From Eledone cirrhosa (taxonomy: Eukaryota): DNA of 64,000 nt. The notes beneath the pieces are model-generated. The model was not told where the DNA came from. It was given only the letters and a program-made list of their open reading frames with translations, and ran no database searches. The DNA is taken from assembly GCA_964016885.1 (NCBI GenBank), contig OZ024740.1:362638001-362702000 (forward strand). Reading direction: 5' to 3'. Of this stretch, positions 26,564 through 36,215 are shown in pieces. Position 1 is the first letter of the stretch, and the number at the start of each line of letters is the position of its first letter. Position numbers and translations under genes: made by a program.

Positions 26564-27489
26564 CTGATGTAATAATAACAATAACAATGACGATAATGAT
26601 TATGCTGATAAAGATTTCTAATTTAGCTACAAGGCCAGCAATTAAATCAACCACAGTACGTGACTGGCACTGTATTTATTGGCTGGCCAGGAAGGAAGAA
26701 AAGCAAAGTTGACTACAACAGGACCTAAACACACAACATAAGGTGCTGGAACAAATGACCCAAAGTGTTTTGTCAGATGCTCTAATGACAAAATCCAATA
26801 ATACAAAACATCACATCATCATCATCTAGTTTTTGATTATGCAGGACACAATGAATCCCTAAGTAGGGGTGGGTCCTGCCTGACAGTGCTCCTTAGCATC
26901 CTGCTCTATGTGTTTCTGTCCACTGGTCTCACTTGGGCCAGGCCAAGCCTAGCTTGATCCTGACGAATATCCTCCATCCAAGTCCTTTTTGGTCTTCATG
27001 GGCCTCTACTACCTCCTGGATTGACATTCATCACTTTGCTGATCTAGCCCTCACTGCGCTCGACATGGTTGTACCAGTGTATGCGTCTCGTATGAAGCAC
27101 ATCCTCGAGGTCGTCGATCAGCAGTCTTTTCAGGAGCTCAGTTGAGCTGACATCATCCTCAGTGGTCACACCTCACATCCAGCAGATCATAGCTCACAAC
27201 CCACACAAAATATATGCAACAAGATTGATCTCCAATAAAATAACACAACTGACATTATACGCACCACTCACAACAGAACAAACACTAAAATATCACAAGA
27301 AACATCAAACTAAATCTCATTACAAAAAGAGACTGATGTAATACACTAACAAGGGGAGTATATTCACATTACTCCTACAAAAATAAGAACACACACTTAA
27401 GAAATATAAAGTTATACCAGATGACATAGAAAATTGCATGAAACTGTCAAAGAAATAATAATAAAATTAGAAATACTACAACTACTAAT

Positions 27490-30400
27490 AATGGTTTCTT
27501 TATTGGCCACAAGGACTAACATGAAGAAAAACATTACAGACGGTACAGGACGATACAAAGTGGGTTTTGGCTGTGTAAAAAAGATTATAACAAGAAGATA
27601 GAAATATAAAAAAAAATTCAAATAAAAATTCCCCAATAGGGGGGAAACTTCCGAGAGTCACTCGTGGCGAAAACCACACAAAAGACTATGGCCACCCTGA
27701 CCACCAGGGAAAGCGCCCTCTCTCAGTTTTCCACTCCTCAGTCTACAGGTGCATACTCAGAGCGGGCCCGTTCACTTGGACCAGACTCGCCACTTTCACC
27801 CACCTTTTAACAAACTTACCTCAGCACTTGCCTCTCCACCCTGATTTCCTCAAGTGAAACTTGAAAAAGTTAATCAGAGATTTGCCGAAGAGGAAAGTGT
27901 CCGTCTTCAACCCTTTCAACCTTGTCCACCACACAATCTCTTTCGCCATGGCCACCAGGCAGATGAAAACTGCCTGCATTTCCTCCTCCTTAAAGGAGGA
28001 TGGCGGGGCTATCTGCACAATGGACTCAGTCGATAACCGGATCTGTCCTACATATGACAGCAATTGTTCGACATAGCCCCACAAGTCAGCAATTCTCGGG
28101 TACTGAACAAGTGCATGCAGGATGGTTTCATCGCCCTGCACGCATCTCGGCCAGGCTTGGCTGACAGCACCTCCATGCCTGTAAAGCTTAAACTGAACTG
28201 GCAACGCTCCCTGGTAGCAGTGCCAGGCCAGGGATTTCTGGAAGTTATCCATAGGCCCCGGGCTGAAAGTTCTCTCGAAGAGAGCGAACTGCTGATTGTC
28301 TTCGACGCCCAGGGTCTCCTCAAGAACGTTGTCGCTCTTCCCCTCCACTAGCCCACTATAGAACACTGAAGTGGATGTTCCACCAATACTAGTGCCCAGC
28401 TGGTAGAGGGCGGTGAGCGCTTGGAAACATTCCAGTTTCCAAGTACTATCCCTTGGTCTTTTCCTGATCCAAGACTGCAGCTCCGTCAAGGAGATGAGCT
28501 GGGGAAAAGCGCGTCTGGCAAACGGCGACCACACCTGTTCACCATCAAGGAAGCACCAGAGAAGTCGCGCATGTTTGCGCATCATCAGGCATGGCATGCC
28601 TAGTCCTCCACACAATGGGTGCTGACAGCAAATGGATCAACTGACCATGGGAGCATGTCCTTTCCACAAAATGCAGAAGAGGTGCTCCATTTTGGTCAGA
28701 GTTGGGCGGGGGCAAGGTACAATGGTCAGGCAGTAGCAGATGACGGATGCGATGTACGCATTCGCCACCTCCGCCTGACCTTTCAGAAACAGCTTCCTCT
28801 CGGCCCATTTATGGGTGAGAGAGGCTACCCTGCTTGTCACTTCGCTCCATCTGGAGGTCCGGACCTAACCAAACCCCGAGCAATTTAACCGGTCCTTCCG
28901 TCCAGCATCCCATGACGCCGTCAGACGGCATGGACTAGCCTCTCCAGGTGCTGAGTTGCAAGCCCACCAACTTTTCTGGTTTATCTTTGCTCCTGTCACT
29001 ACTTCGTATTCCTTGAGAGTGATGCCGAGCATCTGAAGGTGTTTGGTGTTAGACACCACCACAATCGAGCAGATGTCGCTGTGCCTCGCAGCGATCCAGT
29101 CCCTAAAAACGGGCTTGAAGCCGGCCGCCTCGAGGACCGCAGCCAGGTACCAATGGTGGACCCTATCAAATGCTTTAGATTGATCCAAGTTGGTCAGGGC
29201 TCCACCCGTGCCAGGTTCCTTAACCACCCTCTTTATGATGATTGCATGAGATGGTGGTCGTCGTGGATGGATCTGTCCGGAATGGCACATGTCTGCGCCT
29301 CTGCCACCAGATCACCGATGACACCTTGGCCAAAATCTTGAATTTAGCAGAGTTATGGGTCTGAAGTTGTCTATAACGCCCTTATTCGGGTCTTTTCTCA
29401 GCAGCGCCACCGCTCTCTGGCTCATAAAACTGGGAATACTCCAGTTCTGCCAGTTGCAGTAGATGTCTGCCAAGAGGTCGCTGAACAAGTCTGGCATGTA
29501 CGCATAAAGCTCGTAGGGCAGACTATCAAAACATGGCGATTTGCCCCTCGTGCAGTCAGACATCGCTTCCCGTATTTGACCTGCTTTTCGCAGCACTGCG
29601 CCATGGTCGTCGAGAGCCATGGCAGTTCATTGAGGTATGACCGAAGTCCATACTCCAATCTGGCCCGCCACCGCTCCCAAACAATTGAACAAAGTGCTGT
29701 TGAAAAGCCACACACATCTACTCGGGTTTGTTGCAACGTCGCGCCTCCACCACCCGGGCCCATTGAACGGCTGTTGTCCCCTTCTGCCTCAGAGCATAGC
29801 TCTGACAACGCAGCCTTCATGCTTTGTGTTGAAGAATTGGTTGAGTGCCAGTCTTTCCGCAAACATGACGGTTGCGATGCCTGGTCCTATACACCTCTTC
29901 TAGCTTTCTAACTCGCTTTCCCTCTTCTCTATTTTCCTCTATCACTTCTCCTTTGCTAAATCTTACCAATTCTACTCTAATAGCCCTTTTCAGGGTAAAC
30001 CACCACCTGCTGTTGACAATAGCACCCATCAACGCACGCTTAACTAATTCGCTAATCCTGTCTCTGTAAGCTTTGCGTGTCGGGAAAGACGCGTACAACT
30101 TCCAGTAACCGGGCCTTTGCCTATGGAGTTTATCTAAATCAACTTCACAGATCACAAATTTGTGGTCTGTGTAGTTGACTACTTTAAATTGTGGACAACC
30201 TACACTAGCCTTATCTTCTAAATACGATCTGGATGACCCGATGCTGTTTGCCCATGTCTACATTGGCACATTTGGATAATCCAGTCTATACCTGTCAGAC
30301 AGTTCAAAACGTCTGAGCAGGTTGTTGAGGCTTTTACACCCTCCTCCCCTGTCTACTAGCCCCACATAATCCTAGCGTGCATCTAAGATACCGTTCCAGT

Positions 30401-32455
30401 CGCCCACTAACACTAAAGAGCAGGACGTTCCAAGAAAGGTCTCTAGACGTCTGAAGAAATCTGACTGTCCTGCCCCTGTTGGGGCGTAGACGGCTACTAG
30501 CCTGATATCATTGCCTTCGCTGCCTGATAGCATTGCCATCCAGCTGATGGTTACCACATCTACGTTTAGTAACCTGAGGTTGTTGAGCAGGTGACCCTGC
30601 TTCCAAGACGATCCCAGGCCACGTACATTTACACTGCCTATTCTGAGTACGGCCATGCTGGGTGAGGAACGGGCTAAGTGAGAAAGGATCACTTACCTTG
30701 ATCGTGTGGGGAAGGGACAGTAGAACCGTCCCTTCGGCTGGTCATGTGTGTCTCCAAGATCATATCTGTGTAGATTCTTTTGGAGAGTGACCCCTGAAAT
30801 CCCCAACGCAGTTGGGGAATTTTTGTTTTAACTGTTTATAATCTTCGAGTTTAATTTTGACAATGTTAATATTTTTTGGTAATGTTCTTGGTGACGATGG
30901 GGTGTGGTAATTTATGTCTGTAATGGCTGTGTTCTGCTTTATATGTTCCATTAATTTTTGTATGCGATGTTTATGGCTGTGTACTTTTTTTTGCAGGGGG
31001 GTTGCTGTTTTCTTCTTGTTGCTGTTGGGTGTGTGTGCTTTGTTGTGTTTGTGGTGATGCTGGTGTTGGTGTGGTTGTTGTACTTGTGGTGGTGTGGTGA
31101 TGGTGGTGGTGTTGCTGCAAGTTTCCTTGCAGCCTTTACCCCTCTTTCTTTGCCTTCGCTTTTGGAGGGAGAAGCTGTGGTGTTTTTGTGTTTTGATTTT
31201 TTTTGCCAACCATTTTCACTCCTCTGCCACCTCATACCCCATGTCCAACTGTGAGAGGTTGGGGAGGGGTATGAGTTCTACCCTCTCATTTGTCTTTGTT
31301 GTTGGTGGAGGTGGTGGAGCCTGGTCTGCCGTTCTTGGCAGCTAGTGCTAGTGCAACTGTTTCTGTTGCAGTTGCCACCGCTATTTTTGCTGTCCGTGGC
31401 TTTGGTGTGGGTGCCACAGACGTTGTCCTCCTACTCTCTGTAGAAGCTCCCGACTTCCCGATGGAATAGCGCTGATGCAGTCCTGGTTGGTTTGGATGAG
31501 CATCTCCATTCCAATACTGGACCAGTCCTCTCTCTCCAACTTCTGTACCTGCAGAATGGTTGTTCTATCCTTGATGCCAGCAAGAACAGACACGACCAGC
31601 CAAGGCACGGGGACGTAGGGTGGGACCTGGGTTACACTGACCTTTTCAATTTTTTTTCTGCAGTAAAACGGGACTAATGTTATGTCATCACTTCGTAGGG
31701 TCCTCAGTGCATGTGATTTTGCTTCCTGGGTGGTAGCAAAAAGGACGTCCATACTTCTTGATGTGGGTTTTCCGTGGTCACACAGTTCCCAAGGCCTCCG
31801 AGGCTCTCTCCACACGACGTGATTTCATGGCAATTGTGCGGTATGACACTGTGCATAGCTCTTGTTCCCCCAGGAAGTCGGTTATGGTTTCAAGGACACT
31901 GAAAATTCAGTTCTGGTTACCATGTGTCTTGCGACCGCCATCTCCTCCTCTGTGACCAGGACTGTTTCTACGTTGCAAGCCACCTTAGCAAAAGAGATGG
32001 TCCCTTTTTCAGTGGCATCATTGTTGCCACCGCTACTGCTGCTGCTGGTCTTGTTGTTGGTGCTGTTGCTGTTGCTACTGCTAGAAACGGTGTTGTTGGT
32101 GTTATCACTGTTGCAGTTGGTTGTGTTTTTGGTGCTGCCGTTGTTGTTGTTCTAAGTGCAATTTGTATTGTTGCTGTTGGTGTTGTCGCTATTTATTTTC
32201 TTGTTAGTGGTGTTAATATTGTTGTTGCATTTGTTGTCAGTTTTTCGGGGGGAGCTCAGCCATGTTTTTTTTTTTGAGAAATTTTAAAAGTAAAAAGTTC
32301 AAATATTTGAGCCAAAAGGCCCAAATATTATACTTTCCCCTTCACAGGGCAAAGTCCAAGGGCTCTTACACGACAACAAAAATTTACAATAAATGATTTA
32401 TGACAGGTAAATAAAGAGACTTACGGGAGCAAGCGAAAAGACGTCCAATCAGGCC
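27490..32455 (-). mobile_element. Older decayed relative of the Tx1-like LINE, near full length with deletions and frameshifts
   Basis: Fragmented ORFs (27821-28615, 28865-29290, 29312-29620, 29817-30155, 30372-30692, 30760-31815) are colinear and clearly homologous to ORF1/ORF2 of the intact copy. It has its own 5'UTR and a 3' end GGCCAATAAAGAAACCATTATT. Confidence 0.93.
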
Positions 32456-32499
<44 letters not shown>

Positions 32500-32760
32500 T
32501 TTCTTTATTAACCACAAGGGTTTACATAAAGTAGACATTAAGGACAGTGCAGGGCAATGCAGGACGGTACAAATGGGCATTTCTGCGTGTAAAAAAAACA
32601 AAAACAGAGGATGTAACAAAAATACCAATGAAAATAACAATGAAAAATTCCCCAATAGGGGGGAGACTTCGGAGGGACATTTGTGGAGAAAGCCCAGTAA
32701 AAAGCCACAATGACCCTGACCACCAAGGCAAGTGCCCTCTCCCAGTTTTCCACCTTTAGT

Positions 32761-35700
32761 TTACAGATATATACTCAGAGTCGGCCCATTCACTCGGGCC
32801 ATTCTTGCTTCTCTCACCCATCTTTCAACAAAATGCTGGGAAGAGAGCACTTCCTTCTCTACTCTGATTTTCCTTTTCAAATGAAATTTGAAAAAGTCAA
32901 TCAGAGCATCACCGAAGAGGTAAGTGCTCGTCTTCAGCCCTTTCAAACGTGTCCACCATACTATCTCTTTCGCCATGGCCACCAGACAGATAAAAACTGC
33001 CTGCCCTTCCCGGCTAAAGGAGGAGGGCGGGGCAATCCTCACGATAGACTCAGATGATAGCTGGATCCGTCCTAAACGCGACAGCAGGTGTTCGACATAA
33101 ACCCACAAGTCAGCAATTTTCGGACACTGGACGAGTGCGTGCAGGACGGTTTCGTCGCCCTGCGCGCATCTCGGACATGCCCGGCTGACGGCACCTCCAT
33201 GCCTGTAGAGTTTATCCCGAACTGGCAAGGCTCCTCGGTAGCACTGCCAGGCCAGAGATTTCTGGAAGTTGTCCATAGGCCCCGGCCCGAAAGTTCTTCC
33301 GAAGAGATTGGCTAGTTGATTTTCGTCGACGCCTAGAGTTTCCCCAAGTACGTCGTCGCTCTTCCCCTCCACTAATCCTCTATAGAACGCCGAGGTGGAG
33401 TTTCCACCGATCACATTGCCCGATTGGTCGAGGGCTGTGAGCGCCTGAAGACATTCCAGTCTCCAGGCGCTCCCTCTCGGTCTTCGCTTGACCCAGGACT
33501 GCAGCTCCGTCAAGGAAACGAGCTGGGGAAAAACGCGTCTAGCAAACGGCGACCACACCTGATCACCGTCGAGGAAGAGGTGGAGATGTCGTAGCCTGAG
33601 CGCGTGCCTGCGCATCATCAGCCACGGCATGCCCAGCCCTCCACGTAGCGGGTGTTGACAACAGATGGACCGCCTGACCATCGGAGCACGTCCCTTCCAC
33701 AAAAAGCGAAAGAGCAAACGCTCCAGCGCAGTCAGGCGAGGCTTAGGACAAGGTACGACGGTTAGGCGGTAGCAGATGACAGACGCGATGTACGCGTTAG
33801 CCACCTCCGCTCGACCTTTCAGGGATAGCTTCCTCTCCGCCCATTTCTGGGTGAGAGAAGCCACCCTGCTCGTCACCTCGTCCCAGTTTTTGTCCGTCTG
33901 GAGGTCCGGACCGAACCAGACCCCTAGCAATTTAACCGGTCCGTCCGTCCAGCGCCCGACGACGCTGTTGGACGGCATGGACCTGCCTCTCCAGGTGCCG
34001 AGCTGCAGGCCCACTGACTTTTCCTGGTTGATCATTGCTCCTGTCACCGCTTCGTATTCTCTTAGTGTAGTGCCGATCGCCTCGATGTGTTTGGCGTTCG
34101 ACACCACTACGGTGACATCGTCCGCATATGCTGACACGGATCTTCCGCATCCTAGTTCGCGCGGGACCCCCCTCAACGTCTCCAGTTTGTGCAGTAATGG
34201 CTCGAGAGTCAATACGTACAAGAGGGACGAGAGGGGACATCCTTGGCGGACCGAGCGCATGATGTTGAACGGTTCCGACAGGTGACCGTTCACTCTCACC
34301 ACAGAGCAGATGTCGCTGTGCATGGCAGCGATCCAGCCTCTGAAGACGGGCCCAAAGCCAGCCGCCCTCAGGACTGCCGCTAGGTAACGATGGTCGACCC
34401 TATCGAAAGCTTTCGACTGATCTAAATTGATCAAGGACCCACCCGTGCCAGGTTCCCTAGCTACCCTCTCTACGATGTATCGCATGAGGTGGAGGTTGTT
34501 GTGGATGGATCTGTCGGGAATGGCGCATGTCTGCGCCTCTCCCACCAGACCACCAACGACAAGCGCCAACCTCTTTGCTAGCACCTTGGCCAAAATCTTA
34601 AACTCTGTGTTTAGCAGAGTTATGGGCCGGAAATTGTCTATGTTATCCCCCTTGTTCGGATCCTTTCTCAGCAGTGCCACCGCTCCTCGGCTCACAGAAC
34701 TGGGAATTCTCCCGTTCTGTTGCCAGTTGCAGTAGACGTCCGCCAAGAGGCCTCCGAACAAGTCTGGCATCTGTACGTAAAGTTCATAGGGCAGACCATC
34801 CAAACCAGGCGATTTACCCCTTGTGCAGCCAGTCATTGCCTCCCGTACTTCAGCGGCTGTTATCGGCTTTTCGCAACACTTCGCCTCAGTGGCCGAGAGC
34901 CGCGGCAGTCCGTCGAGGTAGACACTAAAGTCCATCCCTCTACCCGGCCCCCCGCTGCCCCCGAACAGCTGAGCGAAGTGTCGCTGAAAAGCTTCACACA
35001 TTTGCCCGGGATCGAGTAGCATGCGCCCGTCGTGGTCCACCAAAGACCGGATCGTGGCTTTGTTGCCACGACGCGCCTCCGCCACTCGGGCCCATTGAAC
35101 GGCTTTCGTCCCCTCGTGTCTGAGAGCACGCACCCTAGCTCTGACAACGCAGCCTTCGTGCTTTGCATTGAAGAATTGGTCAAGGGCCAATTTCGCCGCA
35201 AGCACGTCGGTCGCAATGCCTTTGCTAAGCGCCTTGTCTAATTTTCTAACTAGTTCTCCCTCTGCTCTATTTTTCTCTATTGCTAAAGCCTTACTAAACC
35301 TAATCGATTCTATTCTAATCGCTCTTTTCAGAGCAAACCACCACTTGTTGTTGACGATGGCCCCCGTCAACGCCCGCTTAACTAGTTCGCTAATCCGGTC
35401 TCTGTAGGCCTTGCGCGCTGGTAAGGACGCGTTTAGCTTCCAGTAGCCGGGTCCTCGTCTATGAAGCCTATCTAAGTCAAGCACACAGGTCACGAATTTG
35501 TGGTCCGTGTAGCTGACTATCTTGAATTGTGGACAGCCTATGCTAGACCTATCTATTTCCCTACAAAATACTCTATCTAGATATGATCTGGATGACCCTA
35601 TGCGGTTTGTCCAAGTCCACATTGGCACATTCGGGAAATCCAATCGGTACCTGTCAGACAGTTCAAAACGCCTGAGCAGGTTGGTGAGGCTCTTGCACCC

Positions 35701-36180
35701 TCCACCCCTATCCGCTAATCCCACACAGTCCCAGCGTGCATCTAAGATCCCGTTCCAGTCGCCCACTAACACTAAAGAGCGGGACGTTCCAAGAAAGGTC
35801 TCCAGACGCCGGAAGAAATCAGGCCGCCCTGCTCCTGTCGGGGCATAGACGGCCACTAGCCTGAAAGCTTGCCCGTCTCCGCTGGTCACGTCCAGCACCA
35901 CCAGCTTACCCTCTGGGTCCAGGAAGATGGCCCGTATGGCGAGATCCAAACCTCTCCGAAAAAGCACAGCAACTCCTCCACCCGATCCAGGACGGCTGGG
36001 AGATGCGTACACATCGTAGCCGCCGAAGATCGGTGCGAAGGCCCGTGCTTCGGAGATTCTGGTCTCGCTGATGGCCACTACATCTATGTTTAGTGACCTG
36101 AGGTCGTTGAGCAGGTGACCCTGCTTCCATGACGACCCCAAGCCACGCGCATTTATGCTGCCTATTCTGAGTGAGGTCAT
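32761..36180 (-). CDS. LINE ORF2: APE endonuclease + reverse transcriptase + C-terminal zinc knuckle (1139 aa)
   Basis: APE motifs SINARGL, SETR, VYAP, GDWN, YLDRV, TDH. RT motifs KSPGLDG, NFRPITLLN, LDQSKAFDRV, RQGCPLS, YADD. C-terminal CPRC..ETVLHALVQC. GPGYWKLN and GGLGMP are typical of L1/Tx1. Confidence 0.97.
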   Translation of the reverse strand: MTSLRIGSINARGLGSSWKQGHLLNDLRSLNIDVVAISETRISEARAFAPIFGGYDVYASPSRPGSGGGVAVLFRRGLDLAIRAIFLDPEGKLVVLDVTSGDGQAFRLVAVYAPTGAGRPDFFRRLETFLGTSRSLVLVGDWNGILDARWDCVGLADRGGGCKSLTNLLRRFELSDRYRLDFPNVPMWTWTNRIGSSRSYLDRVFCREIDRSSIGCPQFKIVSYTDHKFVTCVLDLDRLHRRGPGYWKLNASLPARKAYRDRISELVKRALTGAIVNNKWWFALKRAIRIESIRFSKALAIEKNRAEGELVRKLDKALSKGIATDVLAAKLALDQFFNAKHEGCVVRARVRALRHEGTKAVQWARVAEARRGNKATIRSLVDHDGRMLLDPGQMCEAFQRHFAQLFGGSGGPGRGMDFSVYLDGLPRLSATEAKCCEKPITAAEVREAMTGCTRGKSPGLDGLPYELYVQMPDLFGGLLADVYCNWQQNGRIPSSVSRGAVALLRKDPNKGDNIDNFRPITLLNTEFKILAKVLAKRLALVVGGLVGEAQTCAIPDRSIHNNLHLMRYIVERVAREPGTGGSLINLDQSKAFDRVDHRYLAAVLRAAGFGPVFRGWIAAMHSDICSVVRVNGHLSEPFNIMRSVRQGCPLSSLLYVLTLEPLLHKLETLRGVPRELGCGRSVSAYADDVTVVVSNAKHIEAIGTTLREYEAVTGAMINQEKSVGLQLGTWRGRSMPSNSVVGRWTDGPVKLLGVWFGPDLQTDKNWDEVTSRVASLTQKWAERKLSLKGRAEVANAYIASVICYRLTVVPCPKPRLTALERLLFRFLWKGRAPMVRRSICCQHPLRGGLGMPWLMMRRHALRLRHLHLFLDGDQVWSPFARRVFPQLVSLTELQSWVKRRPRGSAWRLECLQALTALDQSGNVIGGNSTSAFYRGLVEGKSDDVLGETLGVDENQLANLFGRTFGPGPMDNFQKSLAWQCYRGALPVRDKLYRHGGAVSRACPRCAQGDETVLHALVQCPKIADLWVYVEHLLSRLGRIQLSSESIVRIAPPSSFSREGQAVFICLVAMAKEIVWWTRLKGLKTSTYLFGDALIDFFKFHLKRKIRVEKEVLSSQHFVERWVREARMARVNGPTLSIYL

Positions 36181-36215
36181 GTTTAAAATAGAGTGGAAAA
36201 GATGGGAAAGACCAC

